Assembly (NCBI RefSeq): GCF_006345805.1
Contig: NW_021835152.1
Span: 1 to 42,318 of the forward strand
Source of the DNA: Octopus sinensis
Lineage: Eukaryota
DNA length: 42,318 nt
Direction: 5' to 3'
This document shows positions 12,676 to 25,685 of the stretch, in pieces. Within the stretch, counting starts at the first letter, position 1, and every line of letters begins with the position of its first letter. A program made the translations under genes and the position numbers. The notes beneath the pieces are model-generated. The model was given only the letters and a program-made list of their open reading frames with translations, ran no database searches and was not told the DNA's origin.

Positions 12676-13051
12676 TCTCTTATTATAAAAGGCAGATTTT
12701 ATCTGCCTCCCTTTGTATCTTATAGAAATCTACAATATAGGATTTCTTCAATTACAATTTACCTAGCATTTTTAAGAGTAGAATGCATCGGGTCGTGACA
12801 GGTCCACTTTTTAAAATTTCAACCCATTAAGCAAAATTAGAGAAAACTCACATTGTGGTGTGTATGAGTCAAATGCTTCTCTTAGTGTGGGATACAGCAC
12901 ACGCAAACGCACACACACGTGTGCAACGAATAAAGTGAAACTAATTCACTTTCTGTAGTGAGTGACTATTTCACTCTACATTCCCACTTCCACTTTACAC
13001 ACATAGACACGCAAATATATAAATAAAATTGTAAGCTAACGGTGTGTGTGC

Positions 13052-13085
<34 letters not shown>

Positions 13086-13635
13086 ATGCGTGTGTGTGTG
13101 TGTGCGTGTGCGTGAGTGTGTGACAGGAAAGTTTTTACGACGAATATAAGACCTATATCCAAGTAGCAGAAAGATCGCCAAAAGTGTATATAGATATTAA
13201 ATGTATTTATATATTCATCTATACACAGATGTATGTATAATGTGTGTGTATATATTTCCATAGCGGTAACCTTTCACTCCATACAAAGTTTTTTAGGACG
13301 AATATAAGATCTAAAGTTATCTCTAAGAAAAAGAAAGATCGCCCAAAAGTGTATATAGATATTTAAATGTATTCATATATTCATCTATGCACACATGTAT
13401 GTATAACGTGTGTGCATATATTTCCATAGAGGTAACCTTTCACTCCATACGAAGTTTTTTAGGACGAATATAAGATCTAAAGTTATCTCTAAGAAAAAGA
13501 AAGATCGTCCAAAAGTGTATATAGATATTTAAATGTATTTATATATTCATCTATACACACATGTATGTATAATGTGCGTGTATATATTTCCATAGAGGTA
13601 ACCATTCAATCCATACAAAGTTTTTTAGGACGAAA
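12676..13635 (+). mobile_element. Putative non-autonomous Helitron 5' portion
   Basis: A|TC start (atctcttattataaaag) of Helitron type, plus an internal tandem array; no own 3' end seen. Confidence 0.5.
13128..13635. repeat. Tandem minisatellite, about 166-bp unit, 3 copies plus a partial
   Basis: Units 13128-13284 (157 bp), 13285-13450 (166 bp), 13451-13616 (166 bp), each starting (a/g)aagttttt(t)a(c/g)gacgaatataaga. Confidence 0.93.
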
Positions 13636-13637
13636 AT

Positions 13638-14482
13638 ATTTATATATAAAAGAAAGGTTGTGTGTCTGTCTACTCCGATTTAGATTCCTAACTACTCCCA
13701 CATTTTGCAATGCAGTTTAACCAAAACCGGGTATCTTATAGTCGTGATTCATATCGAGCCCTTCTGTGTATTAGCGCGCGTCTACGATGAGTCTATGATT
13801 TTACAAATAATTTACCATCATTTTTTTCCATTTTAATGCATATTTTTTTAAATAAAGGGAAGTAACTCTCAAACTTCACACCAATATGCGTGCTCATATG
13901 CGACGTAATATCACATCAGCAGCATTTCCTCACACCCTCCTTGCACTTGGCGAAGGCAGAATACCAGGGGATGAAAATGGTAATATTGCCATCGATTCCA
14001 TTTGTACCATTGTTAAGACGCCTTCTGATCTCAGAGATGCAGTGTTCCCAGATCTACAAGCTAATTATCAGAATATGGATTGGATTGGCAAAAAGGCTAT
14101 ACTGGCCCCGAGGAATAAAACTGTTCACTATATTAATGATGAAATGCTAAAACTCATTCCTGGGGAAGTCTATGTATATCAGTCTATCGATACAACTCCT
14201 GACCAGAGGACGTCATCAACTATCCAATAGAGGTAATAAATTCCTTTGAGCCACCCCCGACTACCACCAGACTTTCTCAAACTTAAAGTTGGTGCTCCTA
14301 TAATGCTCATTAGAAATTTGGGTCCCCCAAAACAATGCAATGGCACACGTTTTATCGTTAAGTACTTATCTCCACCGTAAACTTATATCAATATTTGCCT
14401 GAATAATCATCATAATTCAGTGCAATCATTAACAGTACTTTCAAGCAATTCAGCCCCGAGCAACGCCGGGCAATTCTGCTAG
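13638..14482 (+). mobile_element. Non-autonomous Helitron carrying a Pif1-family helicase fragment
   Basis: NMR...KKAILAPRNKTVHYINDEMLKLIPG...YQSIDT, then with frameshifts YPIEVINS...LKLKVGAPIMLIRNL...CNGTR. 3' hairpin cccg-agcaacgc-cggg (14455-14470) followed by CTAG|T at 14479-14482. Confidence 0.85.
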
Positions 14483-14483
14483 T

Positions 14484-14570
<87 letters not shown>

Positions 14571-14599
14571 TTATATAAAAATCTATCTGTATACAAACA

Positions 14600-14783
14600 T
14601 ATATTTTGTTGGTGCATAATTATGCGGCTTGTTTTCTACAAATTTTATTCAACAAAAGCAATAACAACATTTAACAAAAACATCTTTAAATGACGGTCTG
14701 ACCGTTTGCCAAATGGGAAGCTGTAATTGAAGTATCAATAGATGGTGAATATGCTCCGCAATAATCATTTAAAGATGATTTTG

Positions 14784-14790
<7 letters not shown>
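14600..14790 (+). mobile_element. Degenerate mariner MITE
   Basis: TIR-like start gttggtgcataattatgcggc and transposase C-terminal remnant KWEAVIEV...DGEYAP. Confidence 0.55.
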
Positions 14791-14830
<40 letters not shown>

Positions 14831-14831
<1 letters not shown>

Positions 14832-15048
14832 TTTATTGAAAAGCAGCAAAATGTATCACAAAACTGTTACTCAGAGTTTCACGTTCCCGTTCGTTGGACA
14901 GTTTAGAACAAAACTATCCGACAAATGGCAACGTGAAACTCCGAGTAAACTGTTTTTGTGATATATTTTGGCTGCTTTACTCTATCTCTGGTATTCGAAT
15001 ACTATTTCTTCCAACTTGTTTCGCATTTATGTGCTTACCTAGGTATAC
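14831..15048. mobile_element. Head-to-head pair of hammerhead-bearing repeat family P2
   Basis: Inverted arms 14840-14904 and 14911-14978; the plus copy continues to about 15048 and aligns with 29695-29858. Degenerate HHRs at 14862-14903 (-, CCAACGA) and 14912-14954 (+, CCGACAA). Confidence 0.7.
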
Positions 15049-15172
15049 ACACACACACTAAATATATATATACGTATATATACATACATATATATTCACA
15101 TTCATACATATACATACATACATACATACATACATACATACATACATACATACATACATACGTGTATAATAT

Positions 15173-15227
<55 letters not shown>

Positions 15228-15270
15228 TGTATATATATATACATATATAAATACAAAGATAAATATATAC

Positions 15271-15317
<47 letters not shown>

Positions 15318-16224
15318 CAAACATATATATAAGCACATAATGAAAGTAACAGAAATGAAACTAATATATATATATATATATGCACATAGTGAAAGTAATT
15401 GAAATTGAAATCCTATAATAATGAATGTATTATCTCACATTATAGTAGAGATGTTATTATTTCACTTTTCGTACGTAATACCGAATCAGTGTAAGAGATA
15501 AGAAAATGCTCCATGTAAGGCATGTGTAAAATTCGAATGAAATCGGTTGAGTGGTTGTCAAGTTTTAGTGATACACTCATACATACACACAGACATACAG
15601 ACACACACACATTCTCAATATATATATATATATATATATATAGTTATATGATAACAGTAACAACATCAAGAATGATATCAGCCGGTTTTTACGCCTAATC
15701 TAATCTTTTGGTCGTCTTATAGAAATTTTAGTGAGTCAGGGAGTGGTGGTGGTGGTGGTGGTGGTAGTGCGGTGAGTGGGGTGGATTTTTCCGCGAATAT
15801 AATGCTTTATCATGTTGTATCAGGGTATTGCGTATTGGACTTTGACATGATTACAATAACGATAACAATTTTTTGTTTTGGACACAAATCAATTTTGAAG
15901 ACCTTTGAATTTTAACTTTTCTTGACACAAAGCCTTTATGCACAAAACTTGTAAATGTTGCAGAAATAATAACTGTTTCTACTCTACGCCTAAAATTTGC
16001 CGGTTGGGCTGGTCTATTACATCGACCCCAGAGATCAATGGGTACTTAGTTTATCGCCCCCGAAAGGATAAAAGGAAAAGTCGACCTCATAGGATTTTGA
16101 ACTCAGAACGTAAAGACATACCGCAAGGTATTTGGCCCAGAACATTCAGTCAGTTCACTGCCTTGATAATAATAATAATAATAACAATAATAATAATAAT
16201 AATACAGCAAATATTCTGCTCAAT

Positions 16225-17590
16225 ATCACAGATTTGCTTGTCAGTTGTTTGACCTTAACCAGTTGAGCATGTCCCTTAGTGGCTGACAATATGTGCATCT
16301 CTGATCACGAGCAGAAGTAGTGGGGGAGCATCATAGCCATATGTTGAGAAGGATTCTTTGGGGTTTGAATAATTCACCTCTGGAAACATCAGTGTTTTGT
16401 TTATCATCCTTAAACAATCCTTATTCAGGGACCTTTTGAGCGGGATGGGTTACTCGACCAGATGAAAATTCTAACTGGGCTCCACCTGCAAGGTCATGTG
16501 CTGTTTATCTTGATATGAGATCACCATGTCGCGCACACATGGTTGTGATGCATGAGCCTAGTGTACCCTTATCAGACGTGTAGTCCTGATGGGTATACTG
16601 GGTTTCGTATATTTTACCCTAGTGTCATCATCATCATCATTGTTCGACCGTGGTCGAGACAATGGAATTTACCATGCTACTCCAGACTTCACGGTCCATG
16701 ATGGCATTACGGAGGTCCTGTTGCTGGATGCCTGTATCCCTGGAGATTACATCAGGGTAGGAGAGTGTGCGCCCTCTGGTATTGCGAGTAGATGGCTTCC
16801 AGAGGAGAAGAGTAGAAATTACTTCTTTTTCAGCTCTACAACAATGTCCAGCAGACTGGACTCTCCTATCTTTCACAAGAGATGACACAGGTGGTAGTTT
16901 CCCATATATTTGCATTTTGGTTGGATGGCGCTTCCACGAGAGATTTTGAGCTCTCATAAGGAGGCGAGTGTAGGTTCCATCCAACCGCCTCTCAAGTTCT
17001 TTGAAACGTCCAGGTTTCTGAGCCATATAATAGAATTGTTCTACTGTGACTTTGAAGATTTCAAGTTGAAGTCTCTACTTAGATTTGATGACCAGATCTT
17101 ATGCATGGTCATTACAGGCTAACCAGGCCATACCCTTTCTAGTAGAAAGTCTTTTCCAGATGATGATATGTATGAGCCAAGATATTTATAATCAGAACAA
17201 CCATATTAAGGGGCGTTGTTGAGAGTGTGGATGATGCAATCACTGTTGGACAGGCACTTGTTTATGTATTCAGTTTTGCCTCATTGAGGTAAAGACCTAC
17301 ACAATTTGAGGCTTGTTCAAGCGATTGTAAAAGAGACTGGGCATTGGAGAGAGAATCACTGATAAGAGCGATGTCGTCAGCAAAGTCAGTGTCTGTCAAG
17401 TACTCAGCTGGGTGTCTGGAACTTCTTCTTGGTTTTATTTCAAAGCCCTTGCCAGAGATGGTATCAACTGACATACGTAGCACATAATCAACAACAATGA
17501 TGAAAAGAAATGGGACGAGTGTGTCTCCCTGCAGTATTCCGGCTTTGTCACCTAGTGTCACTTTGATGGCATGCACTGCTCTCTCACTCA
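16225..17590 (+). mobile_element. LINE-3'-end-like repeat bounded by (AAT)n, interrupted by an RTE insertion
   Basis: The sequence resumes across the RTE at the duplicated CCTAGTGTCA and ends cactgctctctcactc(aat)n. Family unassigned. Confidence 0.45.
16628..17550 (-). mobile_element. RTE-clade LINE, 5'-truncated, with 10-bp target-site duplication
   Basis: GILQGDTLVPFLFIIVVDYVLR, TDTDFADDIAL, LDGTYTRLLMRAQNLSW, DREVW, (TGA)n tail. TSD CCTAGTGTCA at 16618-16627 and 17551-17560. Confidence 0.9.
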
Positions 17591-17923
17591 ATAATAATAA
17601 TGATGATGATGATAACAACAACAACAACAACCACCACCACAACAACAACAACAACAACAGTAATAATAATAATAGCCGGGGACGTGTAACATGTGAAAGC
17701 GATAAAAACTGTTCCGAAATCTATCCCAAAACACCGAGAATAAAGACAACAAATGGAGCCTAAAAAAACTGACAAAGTTTTGGACTATATCCGATTGAGT
17801 ACACATCATAAACACATAAGTTCGTAAACTAATTAATTATGTATACACCCCAGTATTACACACACACACCACACACACACACCACACACACACACACACA
17901 CACACCACATATATATATATATT

Positions 17924-17959
<36 letters not shown>

Positions 17960-18218
17960 CCCACCACAGAAAAAATAGGTGTGGATATTAGTCTTTTGTT
18001 TGTTTCTTCATCTCGTTTGACTACAATTATTTGTTTATAATTACAGAAGCGGTGCACTATCAGATTGTCTACGCTAACAGAAAAGACCCGGAGCCTAGTA
18101 CTAACACGAAAGTGTTAATGACAATTAGCCAAATCTCATGTTGGATTAGAGAAAATATTAACAATGATAAATAGTAAAAAATGGAAATAATAATGTCAGT
18201 GATGATAATAATAATAAT

Positions 18219-21200
18219 GAAAGGAAGCGGTTGGAATCTCCTCATGTCCTGATCGATGATACATCAAGTGATGGTGTCACAATAAAAACACTGGTAACTG
18301 CGCAACCTGATAACTGCTACCTCATATGAGTGACAAGGAAAAAAACAAAATATTGTGAATAACGGTGGTAACGAACTGAAGCCTTTGATGGCGACAGTGT
18401 TGCACCCGGCAGGCCCAGGGATACTGGTCCGACTCCAGTCTGTCGTTATCCAGCAACGGAGCAGCACACGCGGAGTAGATGGAACAAACAAGTCAATGCT
18501 GTGGTCATGGAGTGTTACTACCTGAGTAACCCTGCAGACGAAAATGGTTCTCATACTAGGGGATACCGACAACGTATGTATGATCAATGGAGAGAAAGAG
18601 GATTGTTTCGACTTGCGGAACAGAGATTATGTGATCGAGCCAGAACAATAGGAAAAAATCGCTGGTTCACAGCAATAGAGCTCGAAGCTATCAAAAGACC
18701 GGTTTTGGAAAACAGCAGCAGAGGAAACGATGAAAATACAGTTCCTACTGATAAAAGTAAGCTCATAGCAGAAAACAGAGATGAGATCTCTAATAAACCG
18801 AAGGAAAGGAACAGTGATAGATTGCTCGATGAGAAAAATATAGAGGGTCTGGAAGAAGACATTAAAACTAATGGTGACATGACAGATGGGCAAAAGGCAA
18901 TCTGCGACAGAATAAAAGCAAAGTTACAGGAGAACGGTAGCGACGTTATTTGCAACATTAAAATGGTTGATCGGTGGAAGTTGAACCAAGAAACGAAAAA
19001 TGTGAATGAAATTCTGGATTATATCAGAACAAAAAAGCATCACAGAAACAAATAATTTGATCAAAGCAGCAAGTATTGTGGTAGCAGGAAATGTGGGTGT
19101 TGATGTCAAGAAAAAGAAATATAATGGGAGTGACAAAAGAAAAGATCCGTGGTGGAAAAGAAGAATATAGGCGGGGTTAGATATGCACGAGAAAGGCATT
19201 TCTCTGTTAGACCGAAAAGAGAAGGGGGAGTTGAAAAACGAACAAAAATACAGGGCGCTGAACAGGAAGTATAATATTGAAAGAAAGGACCTGAAAGTAA
19301 TAATGGGGGAACTGAAACAGCCCCTCGTTGCAAACATGGTAACATATGATCAAAGAATGAAGGGATACCAGCAGAACAGGTTATTCAGAGTAGATCATAA
19401 AAGATTCTACAAAGAAATAAATGGAGAGTGTACAGATGAAAAGTTGATACCAGATAACATTGAAAATCAAATGTTTTGGAGTGACATCTGGAGCAAAGGC
19501 AAGGAGCACAAGAAGGATGCTGAATAGTTGCAAGAACTGAAACAAACAGTAGTCTGTCCAAAGCAGGCAGAACTAGTAATTTCAGTTAGGGAAGTGAAGG
19601 AAATCACAAAAAACAAAAGACAAAAAGGAGCAACTGGGAGGCCCCGGGACCAGATGGAGTTCAAGGCTACTGGATCAAAAGATTTGGTGAATGTCATGCA
19701 CGAACAGCTGCACAACTGAACACCTTGTTAAATGCTGACCAGAGTGATTGACATTGGGTAGGACAGTGCTGTGCTTGAAAAACATCAAAAAAAGCAATAC
19801 GATATCCTGTTTGCCACTTATGTGGAAATTATTGACTGGAATAGCCGCAGAGTCAGTGTACGAACATCTGGGGTGGGGGCGGATGGAGTCCTGCCACATG
19901 AGCAGAAGCGTTTCAAGCGTAAGTGCAGAGACTACTGTTCGACAAAACTGTACTTAGAGATTGCAAGAGGATAAAAACTAATTTGGCCAAGTCATGGATC
20001 GATTATCGTAAGGCTTATGATATGATCCCACATTGGCAAGTGTGCAAAAGCTTCGTTCAAACGTGGTAAACTGACATCTAATACCGCGATCCAACATGAT
20101 CATAATGCATCTATCAATGACTTGGACCAAAAAGGTTTCTGTAAGTATCTTGGGGTACATTAAGGAAAAGGGATTCAACACGGATCAATGAAAGAGATCA
20201 GGAAAGAATATTACAAACGTATCAGAATGGATCTGAATACTGAACTGGACTCTCAAAATAGAATTGCGGCTATAAACTCCCTGGCGGTACCAGTTGTCCA
20301 GTATAGCCTTAATGTTATCAACTGGAATCTGAGTGATCTCCAGCATATGGACATAAAGACCAGGAAACTGATGACACTAAACAGGATGCACTACCCAAAA
20401 TCGGACATCTCCAAGCTCTATCTCCCACGAAAGGAAGGAGGCAGCGGTCTAATCCAGCTTGAAACATCCTATAAAACGATTACGAGAGGACTTCAGGTGT
20501 ACATCCAGCGTAACACCGACCAGATCATGCAGCTAAGTGAGGCAACACAAACAGAATAAGAAACTGCACCTAATCTCAAAGGAGACATATAAATGTAGAC
20601 AAGAGTTCGACCTTCCTGGTTATGATGATGATAAGAAGGACACACCACCCACTAAGGCAGCAAAAAAGTATAAAACAAAAGCCAAACAAGAAAACTTGAA
20701 GGAGACTGTGGCAAGAAAAACCATTGCATGGGCAATACGCCAAACAAGCTGAGGAAGCTGATGTAGATAGAAGAAGGATCCATCAGTGGCTGTAGAGTGA
20801 TGATCTGAAATCTGAAACAGAAATATTTATCTTCGCAGCACAAGATCAGAGGTTCCTCACCCGGAAACTATGTTACAATGATTTTCAGTACCCTAAGAAC
20901 TGGTACGAACACCATCCAGAACCAGTCACTGAAGGAGAGAATGTTACTATCCTATGAGATTATAGGATACATATAGATAGGCAAATAAATGATAAGAGAC
21001 CAGACATTGTCATCAAAGACCTAAGACAAAAAACATGCCTGTTGATTGATATGACAGTGCCTATTGATAGAAACCTCTCAGCAAATTAATTTGAAAAACT
21101 GTCGAAATATAAGGACTTTGAAATTGAGATATCTAGGATGTGGCAATTAAAAACCAAAACCATCCCTGTTGTTGTAGGTGCCCTTGGAATGATTAAGAAA

Positions 21201-21365
21201 GGCAGTGACAAATTTCTTGACCAGATCCCTGGAAAACCTATAAACTATGAGACTCAAAAAATTGCACTGACACCAACTGCCTATATTCTCAGACAGTTTC
21301 CATCTAATATATACGTGCCTTTGAGACCCGGTCAGAAGGTGAAATAAAATGCAAATCACTCGGAG
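18219..21365 (+). mobile_element. R4/Dong-type RLE LINE, near 5'-complete but internally deleted and frameshifted
   Basis: N-terminal RSRWNKQVNAVVMECYYLSNP...RGYRQRMYDQWRERG...EQRLCDRAR; RT remnants ([18 protein letters not shown]); RLE RPDIVIKD...LIDMTVP...KLSKYKD, VVVGALG. (AAT)n on both sides. Confidence 0.8.
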
Positions 21366-21636
21366 AATAATAATGATGATGATAATGATGATTTAAGCAC
21401 AAGGCTAGCAATTTGAGGGGGAAGGGTAGTCAACGCCACTGACCCTAGTATATGACTGGTAATTTATTTTATTGATCCAGGAATGATGAAAGCCAAAGAT
21501 ACCCACAGATTTGAGATAAAAATAAATACCAGTTGAGCACAAGTGTTGATGTAATCAACTAGCTCCTCCTCCTCCCCCTCCTCCTCCTCCACCACCACCA
21601 CCACCAAAATGTCAGGTCTTGTGTGAAAAGTAGAAA

Positions 21637-21662
21637 GAATAATAATAATAATGATAATAATG

Positions 21663-21699
<37 letters not shown>

Positions 21700-21733
21700 T
21701 GATAATAATGATAATAATAATAATAATAATGAA

Positions 21734-21767
<34 letters not shown>

Positions 21768-21783
21768 TAATAATAATGATAAT
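21637..21783. repeat. (AAT)n microsatellite
   Basis: Directly visible. Confidence 0.97.
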
Positions 21784-24486
21784 AACGCTACTGAGCAACA
21801 AAATCAACGCTACTGAGCAACAAAATCAACGCTACTGAGCAACAAAATCAACGCTACTGAGCAACAAAAAGAGAACAATCAACGCTACTGAGCAACAAAA
21901 AGAGAACAATCAACGCTACTGAGCAACAAAAAGAGAACAATCAACGCTACTGAGCAACAAAAAGAGAACAAAAATACTCCGCAAATATAACATCACAGAG
22001 AAAGATTTGCCTGAAATAAAAGAAAAGCTGAAGCAAGATATCCTTGCCAAAGCACAAAGGATCCGCCGGTACAAGAAACGCCAACGCTTCTTTGAAGAAA
22101 ACAAAAAGTTCAAATCCAACCCCAAAAAGTTCTACCAAGAACTGGGAAAAAATAAAATAGAAGTCACTGCAGCACCAACGGCAGAAGAATTGGAAGAATT
22201 CTGGGGAGAAATATGGTCGGCGAACGAACCACCAAAAAAAAGGAGTATCAGAATAGCAAACTCGGCATCTGAACAACTTTGGACCCCCATAACAACTGAA
22301 GAGGTCACCCAGGCACTGCAAAGACTAAGCAACTGGAAGGCACCTGGGCATGACAAGATCCCCAACTTCTGGTTGAAATATCTAACAGGAATGCACAAAA
22401 AGCTGGCTGAAAACTTTAAAAACGTACTAGAAGAGCCAGAGACAATGCCTGAATGGCTCACGAAGGGGAAAACCATCTTAATTCCCAAATTAAATGAAAC
22501 AGAAAAACCAGAAAACTACGGACCAATAACCTGCCTCCCTACTATGTTCAAGGCATTTACTGCAGTGATATCACAAAGGCTGAACAAGCACCTGGACGAA
22601 AACAAACTGTTCCCAGAAGAGCAGAAAGGATGCCGCAAAGGCTCATATGGCTGTAAAGATCAACTAATGATTAATAAAGCCATAACTGAAGACAGCCACA
22701 GAAAGAAGAAAGGCCTCAGTATGGCCTGGATTGACTACAAAAGGCGTTTGATAGCATCCCCCACACATGGATCCTCGAAACACTAGCCATTAACAAAGTA
22801 GCACCAACAATCATAAAATTCATTGAGCACTCTATGAATAAATGGCAAACAGTCCTACACCTCCAAACAAAAGAGGGACTCATGAAAACCAAAGACATCC
22901 CCATTAGAAGAGGAATATTCCAGGGAGACACACTCTCTCCACTCCTTTTCTGCTTGGCACTGTCACCTCTATCTGATATGCTAAATAGAACTGGATGCGG
23001 ATATAAATGTTACGGAAAAACGATCAGCCACCTTTTATATATGGATGACCTAAAACTATACGCTGCAAATGACAAACAGCTGGAAACACTATTAAAGACA
23101 GTTCATGGATTTACCAAAGAAATAGATATGAAATTTGGATTAGAAAAATGCGCCAAAGTAACCCTGAAAAGAGGAAAACTAGTTAAGAGTAACAACATCA
23201 CACTAGATAAAACCAATGAAATAAAAGAATTAGACCAAAGCCAAACTTACAAATACTTAGGAATCCATGAACTAGATAAGACACAACACACACAAATGAA
23301 AGAGAAAATAAAAAAAGAATATTATAGACGAGTTAGATCAATACTAAAAACAGAGCTCAATGCTAAAAACAAGATAATAGGTATCAACACTTTAGCTGTC
23401 CCAGTTACAGCTACAATATCCTTAACTGGACACGAAATGAACTGACCAAAATAGATAGGAAAACGAGAAAAATAATGACAGGATCTAGGATGCATCACTC
23501 AAAATCTGACATAGAAAGACTATATATACAACGTATAGAAGGTGGTAGAGGCCTTATACAGCTGGAAAACTACTATAAAATAACCACCATAGGACTGCAA
23601 AAAATCTACTTCAGAAGGAAGGAAAACTGATCCAGATAGCGGCAAAACACGAGCAAAACAAAAAACTGTTCTCAGTATTTAAGGAAGCTGACAAATACAA
23701 ACAAGAAATCATACCACCTAATAAACATGAAGAAGAAGAAGAAGATGAAGAAACAACAAAAGCTATAAAACAAATGAAATCCAAACTAAAAATAGAACAG
23801 CAACGAACCATGATAAAACGATGGCAAGAAAAGCCCCTTCATGGTAAATACTGGACTAAACTAAACGCAAAAGAAATAGACAAATAAAAATCCCAGCAAT
23901 GGTTGAGAAGCTCAGGACTCAAAGCAGAAACAGAGGGATTTTTAATTGCAGCACAAGACCAAAGCCTCCCCACCAGAAATTACTAAAAACATGTAATGAA
24001 AAGAAATATTACAAGTAACTGCAGAATATGTGGAGATGGACAAGAAACAATAAATCATATTATCTCTAGCTGCCCAGTCCTGGCTAAGAAGGAATATATT
24101 CACAGACATGACAGAGTTGGAACCTACATACATTGGAAGCTATGCCAACATTATGGAATAACAACAGAAAAAAAGATGGTATAGGCACACACCAGAAAAG
24201 GTCACAGAAAACGAGAAAGCAACCGTACTCTGGGATATGCCGATACACATAGATAGAGAAATTAAGGCCAACAGACCAGATATAGTTGTCAGAGATCATG
24301 AAGAAAAAAAATGCTTTCTAATTGATGTATCAATACCGGCTGATGACAACGTGTCTCTAAAAGAAATGGAGAAACTCTCAAAATACAAAGACCTGGAAAT
24401 AGAGGTAACTAGAATGTGGAATCTGAAAATAGAAATAATTCCTATCATAGTAGGTGCATTAGGCATGATAAAAAAATATTCAGACA
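21784..24486 (+). mobile_element. R4/Dong-type RLE LINE, 5'-truncated, few frameshifts, 3' end cut off
   Basis: KAPGHDKIPNFWLK, EQKGCRKG, AWIDYK, GIFQGDTLSPLLF, HLLYMDDLKLY, GLEKC, YKYLG; zinc knuckle CRICGDGQETINHIISSC; RLE NRPDIV...IDVSIP...EKLSKY. ORF pieces 22007-22786, 22834-23445 and 24237-24503. Confidence 0.92.
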
Positions 24487-24489
24487 TAT

Positions 24490-25399
24490 ATATATATATA
24501 TAATGTGTGCATTATGTGGTCGGTTGAGCTGAAAATATGCACATCTATGTTAAAAGTGCTGACGAGTTTGCATGGCAACTATTTTTTTCCTCAAATGAAA
24601 GGCGTGACCTCTAGGACAAAATTCCTCATCTTATAAAATGTGATCCGAGTAGACCCGAATGAAATCGGGTTATATTAACCAAAATGTGAAAAGTGGTCTA
24701 AATGGGGCTTGAAGGGGATCAAAATTTACAGGAGCGGGTGTTTAGGAATTCTCTGTTACATGAAGCTAGAAAATTTGCGCCAGCCTTTAAATCTTCAATG
24801 TGTTGCCGTCCATGATGAAGAAGTTTTGAATGCTTGCATTGGTGAGTCTACTGTCGTGAGAAAGAATCACTTCAAAACTTAATGTTTAGGAATTTTCTTT
24901 TACATCAAGTTCAAAATTTTACGCCAGCCGTTAAACTGCCACTACGTTGCTGTCCGTCGTTAAGAAATACCAGCCATGGTGACTCTACTATCCTCAGATT
25001 CTATCCCTTCAAACTTTGGTTTCCAATATTTAAAAAATTTTTATTCAGCTCGCAAGTTCGTCTGTCCCTTTTAAATGTTAGTGTTTTGCTGTCTATCTTG
25101 AAGCAGACCTTTCCGTTGTCACTGCCTGATATTTATGAATGATCTTTCAAACTACTTTCTTTCTCAACTTACTCAAGATCTTTTGTCCTTTATAAATGGG
25201 AGCGAGATAGATAGATAAAGATAGAGAGTAAGAGAAAGCGAGGGAGAGTCCGAGAGAAAGGAAGAGTAAGAGAGTGGGAAAGTGAGAAAGGAGAGAGAAA
25301 CAAAGAGGGAGAATGTGGTGATAAAAAAAACAGAAAGGAAGCAACAGAAAGTAACAACCATGCTCTTATCCGCACGTTGAGCGGGTCACCTTAAGCTAG
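24490..25399 (+). mobile_element. Putative non-autonomous Helitron
   Basis: 3' hairpin atccgc-acgttga-gcgggt (25368-25386) then CTAG|T (25396-25399); 5' end lost in a TA tract; no coding capacity recognised. Confidence 0.55.
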
Positions 25400-25574
25400 T
25401 ATATTCATATATTCATTTATATCTACAGAACAGACATAAAACCCGACGTTTAAAAGTATAATAATAATACATAAATAAATAAACACCATATAATATATAT
25501 ATAAATATATAAAAATCAGTGTTGCATACAAAACACATTGAATTTACGCTTAAAATCACAAAATATTTGGCAAG

Positions 25575-25685
25575 TTATTTGTTAAACTAAAAATTTGGGA
25601 CAATAAAACAGACGGGCTCGTTGGCAGTAAAGCAGCCAGCGATCTTCTATGTTTTATTGTCCCAAATTTTTAGTTTAACAAATAA
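25575..25685. repeat. Perfect 36-bp inverted repeat (hairpin)
   Basis: 25575-25610 is the exact reverse complement of 25650-25685. Confidence 0.95.

Noticed and set aside
13128-13635. Regular repeat array as CRISPR
   Set aside because: Whole units are near-identical tandem copies without spacers.
15400-15645. Minus-strand Helitron-like 5' end
   Set aside because: No 3' hairpin/CTRR found and the boundaries are unclear.
18047-18174. Possible host exon (ttacag acceptor, AVHYQIVYANRKDPEPSTNTK)
   Set aside because: No convincing donor, no recognisable protein and no partner exons.
21784-21942. Short direct repeats resembling a CRISPR array
   Set aside because: No unique spacers, eukaryotic context, and the repeat is LINE coding sequence.
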